Positions 31,180 to 40,572 are shown, counted from the first letter of the stretch. The stretch is DNA of 64,000 nucleotides from Phycisphaerae bacterium (GCA_963675745.2 CAXXWX010000010.1:1-64000), one strand, 5' to 3'. Made by a program: numbers and translations. Notes: a model not told the origin generated them from the sequence alone.

Positions 31180-31971
31180 TCAGGCTTCTTTCGTGCGATC
31201 CTCTGGTGCATTTGCGAGCGCAACCGCGATCTGCTCCGCCGCACGCCGGCCGGAAACCAGCATCCCGCCGAAGATCGGCCCCATGCGCGGGCCGCCGAGC
31301 GTGGCGCAGACGCTCATGCCGGCTACCCAGAGTCCCGGGTATGGCTCGGACACGTTTTCGACCACGAAAGCCTCACCTGCGCCGGCATTCATGGGGCCCT
31401 CGCCGGCGGCAGCAGCCGGAAGCAGACCGCGCCGGCGCAACGCGGCCACGACTACGGCCTCGTGTCCGGTTGTATCGAGCACGGCCGGGGCGGAAAACGT
31501 AATCGGATCCACCGGCAGCGAGTCACCGATGAGCGAGCGGTTCGCGACAAGGCCATCGACGCGATCGTCGTGTACGCACACATCCTCAACGGTCATCAGG
31601 TTCAGGATGACTGCTCCGGCATCGAGGGCCTGCACGCACAGCCGCGAGGCGAGCTCGATCGCGTCGACGGTGCGCAGTCCATCGTTGTAGGCCGAGCTCC
31701 GCATACCCAGTTCGTTCAGCAACGGCAGGATCTGCTCGGGAACCACCGCCTGGTTCATGCCAATGCCGCCGCCCCAGATGCCACCGCCGGGCGCCAGCCG
31801 CTTCTCCAGCACTGTGACCTTGAGCCCCCCGCGCGCCAGTTCGCGAGCCGCCATCAGCCCGGCGGGCCCGGCCCCGCAGATCAGCACGTCACCAACGAGC
31901 CGATCTCTGAGGAGGCGATGGTACGTATCGATAATGGCCAGTGAGATAGTCGCTTCATTAAGCTCGTTCAT
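31180..31971 (-). CDS. thi4: Sulfide-dependent adenosine diphosphate thiazole synthase (Thi4 family, non-Cys type)
   Basis: GAGPAGL, GGGIWGGG, LPVDP, DTTGHEA and GPRMGPIFGGMLVSGRRAA. Confidence 0.92.
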   Translation of the reverse strand: MNELNEATISLAIIDTYHRLLRDRLVGDVLICGAGPAGLMAARELARGGLKVTVLEKRLAPGGGIWGGGIGMNQAVVPEQILPLLNELGMRSSAYNDGLRTVDAIELASRLCVQALDAGAVILNLMTVEDVCVHDDRVDGLVANRSLIGDSLPVDPITFSAPAVLDTTGHEAVVVAALRRRGLLPAAAAGEGPMNAGAGEAFVVENVSEPYPGLWVAGMSVCATLGGPRMGPIFGGMLVSGRRAAEQIAVALANAPEDRTKEA

Positions 31972-32848
31972 AGGTTCCATTTTCCCAGGTAAGAGACAAA
32001 CCAACTTCAGAGAGCACGCAGCGTTCCGAAAGACTGCCCCGCAGCAACGCAAACGCGTTTGCGCCGGTGCAGTGGGCTGCCACAACCTGTCCGACCTCGC
32101 GGCGACGAAGTTCCGCGATCGTCCACTCGATCCGCTCGCGCGACGCGGCGCTGAGGTGCATACCGCCCAGCACGGCTCGCACCGGAGCGCTGCCCGTGAG
32201 CTTTTCGACGTGCCGCAGCGTGTTGATCACGCCGGCGTGGGCGCAGCCGAGCACAACGACGACGCCCCCGCCCGTGCGAATCACCAGCGCCTGATCATCG
32301 ACCAGCGGATCGGGGCGCCCGCACGCCTCATCAAGATAGAACGGCCCGCCGGTATCTTCCAGGTCATTGGCTCGCGGTACCTCTCCCGTAACCTGGATTC
32401 CGGCGGCGATTTCCACGGGCGTTGTTGTGGGAACCAGCCGATCGCCGATACGGCCTGGCAGGTTGAGCCGATCGCCGGGCATGCCGATGTAGCGCGCGGG
32501 TTTGCCCGGTTTGCCTGAGTACTTCGCGTCAAAGGCGCCTGGGTGCGCGAACACCCGTGCGGCGGGGGCCAGGTCCAGCACTGCCGACAACGCTCCGGTG
32601 TGGTCATAGTGCCCATGGCTGAGGACGATTGCGTCTGTCGTTTCGAGCGAGATGCCCAACTCCTGGGCATTGTGCAATAGCGCCTCTCCCTGCCCCGCGT
32701 CAAAGAGCACCCGGCACGCCGGCGTTTCAACCCAGCACGCCCAACCGTGTTCGGCGAGCAGACCGCTCTTCCGAACGAAGTTGTCAACGAGCACGGTGGC
32801 CTGGACCCGGCCGACGCGGTCCGCACGTGCTGGCTCTGACGAGGACAT
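31958..32848 (-). CDS. MBL-fold metallo-hydrolase (COG1237-like)
   Basis: LLAEHGW, LFDAGQ, LSHGHYDHTG, DDQAL, GCAHAG, GGMHL and AHCTG. Confidence 0.92.
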   Translation of the reverse strand: MSSSEPARADRVGRVQATVLVDNFVRKSGLLAEHGWACWVETPACRVLFDAGQGEALLHNAQELGISLETTDAIVLSHGHYDHTGALSAVLDLAPAARVFAHPGAFDAKYSGKPGKPARYIGMPGDRLNLPGRIGDRLVPTTTPVEIAAGIQVTGEVPRANDLEDTGGPFYLDEACGRPDPLVDDQALVIRTGGGVVVVLGCAHAGVINTLRHVEKLTGSAPVRAVLGGMHLSAASRERIEWTIAELRRREVGQVVAAHCTGANAFALLRGSLSERCVLSEVGLSLTWENGTYERA

Positions 32849-32980
32849 CCTGATTGCTCCTGGCTCAGACGCGTACGAGACTGGCAATCGTCCCCAGACC
32901 GACCTTACACCGGCGTTCAACCGGCGTGTCGCCGACATTCTCACTGGTTACAAACCAGCGCCACAGTCCGGGGATGGCTT

Positions 32981-34006
32981 TCAGTCCTCTGCCGTCTCCA
33001 CCTTCTGCGCGGTTAGTTCCTCGATCCGCCGCCGAATTCGGTCGGCGCTCTGCTCCAAACACCGCAAGTCGGTCTGTAACGCGCCAAGTTCCTGTTCCGG
33101 CACGCCGTGGCGCAGGGCTGGCACTTGCGCGCCTGTCGGGTCTCGCGCAGGCAGGTCGCTCGACCTGCGCAGAATGGCACTCCCGACATCACAACCCACC
33201 TCGCGCGCGATGACTGGGCACTTTGCCATGAACGCGAAAAAGATGTCCTTGGGCACGTCGGTGAGTGTTTCGAAGTTTCCCTGACCCTTGGCGATGATAA
33301 GATCAGCCGCGTCAAACCGCCGTTGAAACGCGGCGCTGCAATCCTCCAGAATTGTCCCGGGCGCGTCAGATCCGTTGTCGATCACCTCGACCAGTTCCAG
33401 CAGGCCGGCGACGCGGGCATCGGCCAGCGTCGCGTCATTGATGACCGGTGCGCCGCGCACCACTACCGTCACCTTCGCGAGCGGCAGTCGCTCCAGCAGT
33501 AACCGGTCAAAGACTAATTCGCCGGCGTTGTCCGCCAGGTACAGAATGCGGTCGACATCATTGACGGCACGTGCCAGGGAATCCACGTCGCCGTAAAGCG
33601 GCGCTCTCAATGCAGCGTCAATCGACGCCGTAATCCGCTCGTCGGTCAGTGTCACGTTGACACCCATGTCGATCACGTTCCCGGCAATTGCCAGGCGCAC
33701 GGCCGCGACGAGCGGGGAATCGGACGCATCAACGCGTGTGCGCAGGTCGGGTAGCAGGCGCAGGGCCAACTGGTTGCTCCGTTCCTTCGCTGCCGCGTAG
33801 GGATCGCTCTGACCGACCAGTTCCCGGATGCGGCGATGAATGCGCTGTCCCATTGCGGGCGGTGGCTGATGCGGGTCCACGGCACAGGCTGCGTGCAGTA
33901 TCTCGTTGAACAGACGCTCATGAGTGGCTTTGTTGTCGGTCACGAGGCGCACGGCATCCAGCGTTTGACGCAGAAAACAGGGGATACAGTCAAGATACGT
34001 CTTCAT
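32981..34006 (-). CDS. ARMT1-like/DUF89 damage-control phosphatase with extra C-terminal coiled-coil
   Basis: MKTYLDCIPCF, AIAGNVID, YLADNAGE, PVINDAT, IIAKGQGNFETL and KCPVIA. Confidence 0.92.
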   Translation of the reverse strand: MKTYLDCIPCFLRQTLDAVRLVTDNKATHERLFNEILHAACAVDPHQPPPAMGQRIHRRIRELVGQSDPYAAAKERSNQLALRLLPDLRTRVDASDSPLVAAVRLAIAGNVIDMGVNVTLTDERITASIDAALRAPLYGDVDSLARAVNDVDRILYLADNAGELVFDRLLLERLPLAKVTVVVRGAPVINDATLADARVAGLLELVEVIDNGSDAPGTILEDCSAAFQRRFDAADLIIAKGQGNFETLTDVPKDIFFAFMAKCPVIAREVGCDVGSAILRRSSDLPARDPTGAQVPALRHGVPEQELGALQTDLRCLEQSADRIRRRIEELTAQKVETAED

Positions 34007-34334
34007 AATTCTGTCACCATCTCCACAGCCCAGGCTTCAGCCGCCCGGGCGGCGAAGCGCACGGGCGCATTAACGTCCCTCGCTCACTGACGCCGCAGCG
34101 CTAACTACTCCGGCGCCAGAAAACCGCGCTCCGTCAATCGTCCGGCCAAGTGAGCCTGGAGTCCAGCTTGGCCGTCGCAGAAACTTGAGCGGCGTGCCCC
34201 TCGCAGACACTTCGACCATTCGCCGGCTCGTGGGCGTCTTGCCGTCTATGCCCGCCACCCGCAGGCGCCGCGCCCGGCATCGGTGACACACGCCTCTCAT
34301 ACGCAGCGATTCCGAGCCGCGCGAAGGTGAGAGG

Positions 34335-34350
34335 TGCATAGTGCGTGCCG
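34335..34350 (-). promoter_or_regulatory. Candidate sigma-54 (-24/-12) promoter
   Basis: Minus strand CGGCAC-GCACT-ATGCA (GG-N10-GC). TTGC/GCAA-rich possible activator sites lie ~80-100 bp further upstream. Confidence 0.45.
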
Positions 34351-34622
34351 ACTGACGGCCAGCGGGGCACCTGTGCTAAGATAGTGATGTGAAAGGCTTT
34401 ACGCGTTGACGGCGGATTTGCCCGGTCTTGCGGCAATTGCAAAGTGCAACGCCGCCACCAGCGAGTGATCGCGAAATGCAAGGCCTGTTGCGAGGGCGCG
34501 TGCCTCAGTTCAACGCCGTCGGCCGGCGATCTCCGCCCCCCGCCGGCCCGCGGGCAGTCACCCGCGCGGGTTCGCCGGCTGTAGTGTCATAGTCCTGGGA
34601 TGGCTTCCAGCTACTCGCGGGT

Positions 34623-34955
34623 CTACGTTGAATCCTCGCTGATGCCGGCCAGCCGTCCCAAGCCGTCAATGAGCATCTCCACATCTGTGTCGTCATAGAA
34701 ATCCACGGCCCGCTCGGCACCGGTATGGCAACCGCCGCTGCGGCGAATCTGATCGCCTATCTCCGTGCGCCCGATTGCCGTCAGGATCGTGAGCCGGGCC
34801 TGGCGCAGCGGGCCGGTGGATGGGTCGGTCATCGTCAGCAGCGACCGCAGTCGCACGCCGATCCCACGCTTCTCCCGGCGCAGGTCTTCCCCGGCCTCCA
34901 GTGCGGCGTTCAGGTCAGCGAGAATATGGCGGGCAAGTGTGGAAGCCTCTGACAT
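34623..34955 (-). CDS. Hypothetical protein
   Basis: 110-aa ATG ORF co-oriented downstream of the aminotransferase; no recognisable motif. Confidence 0.55.
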   Translation of the reverse strand: MSEASTLARHILADLNAALEAGEDLRREKRGIGVRLRSLLTMTDPSTGPLRQARLTILTAIGRTEIGDQIRRSGGCHTGAERAVDFYDDTDVEMLIDGLGRLAGISEDST

Positions 34956-35027
34956 GGCTGACCCGGTCCTGGATGCGAGGGTGCAGGAGTCAACTGATCG
35001 TTGGCGGCTGTTTTGCCGTAGCGGTCG

Positions 35028-36197
35028 TTACGCGAAGAAGGCTTCCATTCTGTCGAAGGCCTTGTTTATCTCATCTTCCGTGACGCAGAACGACATCCGC
35101 AGGTGCCCTTCGCCGGTCGGTCCAAAGGCCACGCCGGGCGTTGTTGACACCCGAGCTTCCCTGAGCAATCGCTTGCAGAACGCGGCTGAATCCCTGCCAA
35201 CATCGCTCAGGATTCGGGGGAACATCAGGTACGAACCGTGCGGCTTCTGGTACGCGAAGACCGGGGTCAGGCCGTCGAGTCGCTTGCACATGAGATCACG
35301 CGCGGCCCGGTAGTGATCACGGAAGCCGGCGACACAATCCTGCGAGCCCCGCAGAGCCGCCAGCGCGGCGTACTGCGATACCACCGGCGCGCAAATCGCA
35401 AACGGAATGTGGGCCTTCGTAATCTGCGGGATCAACTCTTCGTCGGCGTGCAGGTAGCCGATCCGCCACCCGGTCATGGCGTAGGTCTTTGTAAAGGTGT
35501 AGCAGCTTACGGCATGCTTGCGCATCTCGGGAATCGAAGCGATGCTGAAGTGCTGATGGCCGTCGAACGTGAAGTACTCATAGGCCTCGTCCGTAATAAC
35601 CGCCAGGTCGTGCTCCAGCGCGACATCCGCCAGTTCGCGAAGCTGCTTCTCGCTGAACACCGTGCCGGTCGGATTGCTCGGCGAGCAGTATAGGATGGCC
35701 TTGGTTCGCGGCGTGACGGCCTTGCGGATGGCGTCAGTGTCCAGGACAAAACCCGCATCTTCGATGGTGGGAACCATCACAGGCCTGCCCGAGGCGATGA
35801 CCACCTGGCGGATGTGCGTTGAATAGGTGGGTGTCGGCAGGATGACCTCATCGCCCGGGTCGACCACGGCCATGACCGCCGCGGCCAGCCCTTCGATGGC
35901 ACCGACCGTAACCAGTACCTGCGCGACGTTGGCATCGATGCCGTTGTCTCGCTTGAGCTTCAGGACGATTTCCTCGCGCAGCGGCGGCAGACCGGACGTC
36001 TCGGAGTATCCGCCGACCTTGCCTTCCTTAATGGCTGAGATCGCGGCTTGGTTGATGTGATCCGGCGTGCCGGACGTCGGCTTGGCCCAGGATAAGAACG
36101 CGACATCTTCCACCTCTTTTGACAATCGGGTCATTTCGTGAATGGCGGATTTGCTGATTTCGCTGACCCGATGAGATGTCCTTGCCTTTGTCGTCAT
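35028..36197 (-). CDS. PLP-dependent class I/II aminotransferase (AspB-like)
   Basis: YSETSGLPPLR, SPSNPTG, DEAY, TFTKTYAMTGWRIG and PGVAFG..GEGHLRMSF; RBS AGGAG. Confidence 0.95.
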   Translation of the reverse strand: MTTKARTSHRVSEISKSAIHEMTRLSKEVEDVAFLSWAKPTSGTPDHINQAAISAIKEGKVGGYSETSGLPPLREEIVLKLKRDNGIDANVAQVLVTVGAIEGLAAAVMAVVDPGDEVILPTPTYSTHIRQVVIASGRPVMVPTIEDAGFVLDTDAIRKAVTPRTKAILYCSPSNPTGTVFSEKQLRELADVALEHDLAVITDEAYEYFTFDGHQHFSIASIPEMRKHAVSCYTFTKTYAMTGWRIGYLHADEELIPQITKAHIPFAICAPVVSQYAALAALRGSQDCVAGFRDHYRAARDLMCKRLDGLTPVFAYQKPHGSYLMFPRILSDVGRDSAAFCKRLLREARVSTTPGVAFGPTGEGHLRMSFCVTEDEINKAFDRMEAFFA

Positions 36198-36327
36198 TCA
36201 GTTCTCTCCTCTGTCGAGACTTTTCGTCGCGGGGCGCGCAACACTCACTTGACCAGCGCGCGCGGCACAAGATCCGATGGACTCGCACACCCCGCCCGGT
36301 CGAGTTTCAGCGTCTCATCTGTTCGGC

Positions 36328-38796
36328 CTACACGGGGCCAGCGAAGAGTGTCGCAAGAGTCTCGAAGTCGGGCCAGTCGATCAGCCCATCATCACCGGTG
36401 AGGTTCCCGGGCTCGCACTCGACACCGGCCGTTTCGCCGAAGCAGCTCTGGAACGCCGCCGAGTCCGTCAGGTCGATGTCGCCGTCGGCGTCGAAGTCTC
36501 CGTCGCCATAGAGGATGCACGCCTGGCCGGCCTCGTCGCACCATTCCCCGGGCCCGCAGGGAGCGGTGCCTTCGAGACACTCCCCACCCGCGCAGGTCTC
36601 CAGCCCGTTGCACCAGACGCCATCGCTGCAATCATCGTCGTCGCCGCACTCACCCAACGTGATATCCAGCCGGCCGATGTCCCCGGCGCTGATTGTTGCG
36701 GCTACCGTCCGGTCCACATAGCCGGCCTGGCTGGCGGTCACCGCGTGGTTGGGCGGACTGGGGGGCACCATCGTCACCACGTAGTAGCCGTTTCCGTCAC
36801 ACTGCACCGCGCCCACGCCGGCAATCGTGACCGTGGTGTCGTCGAGGGCCGCGCCGGTGAACACGTCGGTGACACGTCCCCACAGCGTGCCCTCGGTCGC
36901 CGTGTTCGGGTCGCGCCAACTCATCCCTGGAACGGGTGCCGGGTTCACATACACGCCGCTTGCCACCTGCCCGTACCAATTCGTGCGCGGCTGGCCGTCA
37001 TCGTTGGTGCCGTAGTAGGAGTAGGTACACATTCCGTCAGCGCCGGCATTGCGGGCATACAGCATCTGTGTCTGGCTGTTGGCGAAGGTGTTCAAGTAGA
37101 TTCCGGGACCGGGGTACATGTGACGGTCGTACTTCCAGCCGATGGCGGCATCGACCCAATTGCGATACCACTGATCGTGCGGCGGATTGTGCTCCCGGTA
37201 GTAGCACATAGGGATGCCGGCGTCGAGGTAACCCAACTCCATCCACGCGCGCCAATCCTGGAAGAGACTGTAGGCGTTGGACGACGTGAAATCGCCGGGC
37301 GCATCGCCCCAGGTGATCAGCGCCGCCGTGTAGCGCAGCGGCTGGCGCGGGTTGCTGGATATGGAAGCGATCTCGGCCCGCGCACGGCGTACGAGCTCAT
37401 TGATCTCGCGCCGGCGGAATTCGTCCCACAGCGCGTTGCCGCTGTACGGCGGGGTCCCGACATAACCCGCAATAGCCTGGAAGCGGGCCAGCCCCGACGC
37501 GATGTAGGACGTGTCCGCCGGATAGCCGGCGTTCGTGCTCCGGTAGCGGATAAAATCCCAATGAAACCCGTCGATCTCGTAGTTCGTCACCACTTCACGC
37601 AGGATACTGATCTCGTACTCCTGCACATCCGGGGAGCCGGGATCGAGCGTGTAGATGCCGTCAATCGGCGCCGGCCCGCCTCCGATGTCGCCCTCTGACA
37701 CCGTCACCCACTCGGGCTGTATGACGGCGTTGCCGCTTGGGGGCCAGACGCTGCACGCCAGGTACGGCACGACCCAGGGATGCACCTCAATCCCGTTGGC
37801 GTGCGCCTGCTGAACGAGATACGCCAGCGGATCGATGTCGCCGATGATGTCGCCGGCTTTGGGCACGATGCTCGAGTTCCAATAGGCACCATGGCCACTT
37901 TCGGCGGTATCGCGGTAAACGAGCACTTCGGGGATCACGGCGTTGTAGTTGCCGATTCGCGCCAGCATGATCATCGCGTCGATATCGGCCGTGCTCTTGA
38001 AGCCCGGATTGAACGCGTCGGCCCAGAACGCCCGGAACTCCGGCGGATCGGTCTCGCCGGTGTCAGCAACAAAAGCCGCCGTCACCGTCTTGCTCTGGTC
38101 CATCAGCACCGTGGATGTCGCCACGGCATCCGGCACCGGCACCCCGGCCGATACCTCCCAATGGTCGAATCGGTAGCCCGGGTCGCCCAGTGCGGCGATG
38201 GGTACGACATCGTTCACCACTCGCACATACGGACCGCCCACCGCGGGCAGCGTGCTGCCCGTGTCGGGCGGCGACACCGCCAGGGTGAGCTCGACCGTGC
38301 TCGCGGGGCCGGCGAACCGCACCGCGTCGGCGATGACAACGCTCGGGTTGGCGTCGTTGCTCAGCGTGACGTACCCACCCGTGCCGGCATTGAAGTTGAA
38401 CACGCCGAGGATGAACCAACTTTCACCGTTCGCCTGCTGATTGACCGGGACGGTCGTGGAGCCGCCCGCGTGATGCACGGTGAAATCTGAGTTGACCGAT
38501 CGGTTTCTGCCTTGCACGTACCAGATGGCGACCTGGTACTGGCCGCTGACCGGCAGGTCAGGGCGCCACTCGGCCTCGGCGGGCGCGGCGCCGTCGGTCG
38601 TGAAGGCGTAGTTGTAGTCCGTACCGTGGGGAGTTCCGAAGGACCCTGAACCCCAATCGCCTTCCAGAATGGTGAACTCGGGATCGCTGTTATCCACGAT
38701 GACAATCTGCGCACTGAGCGACGCGCCTCCCAGCAAGAGAATCGCGCCCACAGCCAAAATCCGCCGGCCGGGCGGCATGGGCCCATTGATACGCAT
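36328..38796 (-). CDS. Secreted GHL10 (DUF187) glycoside hydrolase-like protein with golvesin/CBM-like, B-repeat, carboxypeptidase-regulatory-like, Cys-rich and dockerin-like modules
   Basis: IIVDNSD...VIADAVRF; EFRAFWADAF, DPLAYLVQQAHANGIEVHPW, YEIDGFHWDFIRY and QDWRAWMELGYLD; C-terminal GDFDADGDIDLTD. Confidence 0.88.
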   Translation of the reverse strand: MRINGPMPPGRRILAVGAILLLGGASLSAQIVIVDNSDPEFTILEGDWGSGSFGTPHGTDYNYAFTTDGAAPAEAEWRPDLPVSGQYQVAIWYVQGRNRSVNSDFTVHHAGGSTTVPVNQQANGESWFILGVFNFNAGTGGYVTLSNDANPSVVIADAVRFAGPASTVELTLAVSPPDTGSTLPAVGGPYVRVVNDVVPIAALGDPGYRFDHWEVSAGVPVPDAVATSTVLMDQSKTVTAAFVADTGETDPPEFRAFWADAFNPGFKSTADIDAMIMLARIGNYNAVIPEVLVYRDTAESGHGAYWNSSIVPKAGDIIGDIDPLAYLVQQAHANGIEVHPWVVPYLACSVWPPSGNAVIQPEWVTVSEGDIGGGPAPIDGIYTLDPGSPDVQEYEISILREVVTNYEIDGFHWDFIRYRSTNAGYPADTSYIASGLARFQAIAGYVGTPPYSGNALWDEFRRREINELVRRARAEIASISSNPRQPLRYTAALITWGDAPGDFTSSNAYSLFQDWRAWMELGYLDAGIPMCYYREHNPPHDQWYRNWVDAAIGWKYDRHMYPGPGIYLNTFANSQTQMLYARNAGADGMCTYSYYGTNDDGQPRTNWYGQVASGVYVNPAPVPGMSWRDPNTATEGTLWGRVTDVFTGAALDDTTVTIAGVGAVQCDGNGYYVVTMVPPSPPNHAVTASQAGYVDRTVAATISAGDIGRLDITLGECGDDDDCSDGVWCNGLETCAGGECLEGTAPCGPGEWCDEAGQACILYGDGDFDADGDIDLTDSAAFQSCFGETAGVECEPGNLTGDDGLIDWPDFETLATLFAGPV

Positions 38797-38934
38797 CAGA
38801 TCTCACCTCCGCCCAGATATGTGCCCCCACGACAAACCCCAGACCCCATGGTACACCCGTGTCTGTCCACATCAAATACCTGCACCGGCGCGGGCCGCCG
38901 CAGGCGTCGCTTGCTTGTGCGTCTCGCGTGACGG

Positions 38935-39107
38935 CGCTGGCGGAAGGCCTCGATCCACACCGAGATGACGCGGTCGCAAGTGGCTTTGCAGGGCAAGGTG
39001 CCGTGCGGCCCGAGGTGAGTGTAGCGGCCATTCAGCGCAACGACGGCTTGGCCACTGGCCTTGCGCTGACGATGTGTGGGCGGTTTATCGACAGAAAGCC
39101 CGGGCAT
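38935..39107 (-). pseudogene. N-terminal remnant of a planctomycete-type tyrosine integrase
   Basis: PTHRQRKASGQAVVALNGRYTHLGPHGTLPCKATCDRVISVW resembles the recalled N-terminal motif (PxYRxHKxSGQAVVTLNGRxxYLGPHG...YDRxIAEW). No catalytic domain follows. Confidence 0.7.
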
Positions 39108-39324
39108 CGTGCGACGTCCAGATCCGCTAAGACGGTATGCACCGTTCTTCTGGGATCCCCAAGCCGCACTGCCCAGGGCAGGCTGGTACGCTCAATCAAG
39201 CGTTCGGCGGAATTTGCGAAAATCGAAGTGACTGGGCGCGGTTGGGACTTCTTGCGGCCGGGACCGCTGACCCCCCACAGCGAGCCATCGAAGCGTTGCT
39301 CGCGGTGTGACAAAACCTCACGAC

Positions 39325-39363
39325 TTGCCTGGTGTTGCCTGGTGTTGCCTGGTGTTGCCTGGT
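39325..39363. repeat. 10-bp tandem repeat (TTGCCTGGTG) x ~4
   Basis: Directly visible. Confidence 0.9.
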
Positions 39364-39489
39364 CCGTGCGACGCCGAGCCCAGTGCGCGCCGAAGATGGC
39401 AGGGGAAACGTCGCGGTACCGATCCAGGTGATTCGCGGTTACGGTGTCGCCGTCGCCGTCGCCGTGGAGGTTGCGACATCCCATCCGGG

Positions 39490-40158
39490 TCAGAGTCCGA
39501 ACGCTTCCGTCACTCGCTCGAACAGCTCATCCTCGGTCAACGTCGTGTCAACTTCCATGGCGGGCAGATCCAGACGCTTCGTTTCCTCGCAGAGGCGGTC
39601 CGTGAACATCCGATCGCGCTCAAGCAGGTTGCGCAAAGCCCTCTCCGCGTCACTGGTTTCGCCGAGAAAGCTCCACGTCGTCCCCCCCCGACCATCGAAC
39701 ACGGCCTGACGGAACTCAGGCGTAGGGAGGAGCCAGACGGCGTGACCAGGCACGGCAAGGAGAGGCTTCACAAGGCGTGGCAACACTCGCAAGCCCTCGA
39801 CGATCACACGAGATTCCCTCGGGAGGCGGAGGAGGTCATCGACGATCATGCTGAAGCCCTCACCTCGGAACCAATGAAACGTATCGAGCATGGTTCTCGG
39901 GGATCGGTTGACCCATCGCTCGTCCAGGTCCAGGTGCATGAACTGACGCAGGTAAGGGCACTCTTCGGGCGTGCTCCGACGGGCGTGCTCCGACATCGCC
40001 TTGTCGGTCACGTAGAGCTGCAGACTGTGCTGAGCCGCTATGCGACGAGCGACGGTCGACTTGCCCGCACCGCTCCCGCCACCAATCCAGTACACGTGCT
40101 GGAGATGTTCACGCACTGCTTCAGAGTCGTCTGTCTCTCCATGTCGTCCCGGTCGCAT
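39490..40158 (-). CDS. P-loop kinase-like protein (small-molecule kinase fold)
   Basis: VYWIGGGSGAGKSTVARRIA Walker A; VIVEG. Confidence 0.75.
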   Translation of the reverse strand: MRPGRHGETDDSEAVREHLQHVYWIGGGSGAGKSTVARRIAAQHSLQLYVTDKAMSEHARRSTPEECPYLRQFMHLDLDERWVNRSPRTMLDTFHWFRGEGFSMIVDDLLRLPRESRVIVEGLRVLPRLVKPLLAVPGHAVWLLPTPEFRQAVFDGRGGTTWSFLGETSDAERALRNLLERDRMFTDRLCEETKRLDLPAMEVDTTLTEDELFERVTEAFGL

Positions 40159-40273
40159 CCTGCAGCCTCACGAACAACCGCCGGTTCGATGAGTAACCAC
40201 ACCTGTCGACGCAGCGCCGCAGGGTAGAAGTTGGCGCACCAAGACGCAGCGCCGCTCGAATGTAGTCGGCCAT

Positions 40274-40339
40274 AGCGATTTCGTCGGCGAAATCTACTGC
40301 TTTCTGGTAGACCGCCAGCTTCTCGAACATGAAGGGCAT
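40274..40339 (-). pseudogene. 5' fragment of a four-helix-bundle (23S rRNA IVP-like) protein
   Basis: MPFMFEKLAVYQKAVDFADEI is the typical family N-terminus; similarity ends abruptly after it. Confidence 0.7.
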
Positions 40340-40497
40340 GCTGGGCCCCCCACATTGATCAGGTGAGCAGTTGAACAGGAGACCGCAGGTGAGCGGACGC
40401 GTTTGCCGGCTACGGACCCCAACAGGCAAGCGAAGGCCTCTTTCGCCTGCTCACCTGTTCTTATGCTCACCTGCTCTATCGCCGCCTGAGGCGGCGA

Positions 40498-40572
40498 TCG
40501 GGGCGACAGGATTCGAACCTGCGACCTTTTGCACCCCATGCAAACGCGCTAGCCAGACTGCGCCACGCCCCG
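40498..40572 (-). tRNA. tRNA-Pro(GGG), CCA not encoded
   Basis: CGGGGCG acceptor stem, D-arm GCGCAGTCTGGCTAGCGC, anticodon arm TTTGC-ATGGGGT-GCAAA and T-arm GCAGGTTCGAATCCTGT. Confidence 0.97.

Noticed and set aside
34007..34620. TPP riboswitch upstream of the thi4-containing operon, and short ORFs in this gap
   Set aside because: No CTGAGA/ACCTGA core was found by eye on the minus strand, and the ORFs have no recognisable protein features.
38800..40497. att-site duplication of the tRNA-Pro 3' end, or an intact prophage/ICE
   Set aside because: No second copy of the tRNA 3' sequence was seen, and there are no intact integrase or phage genes.
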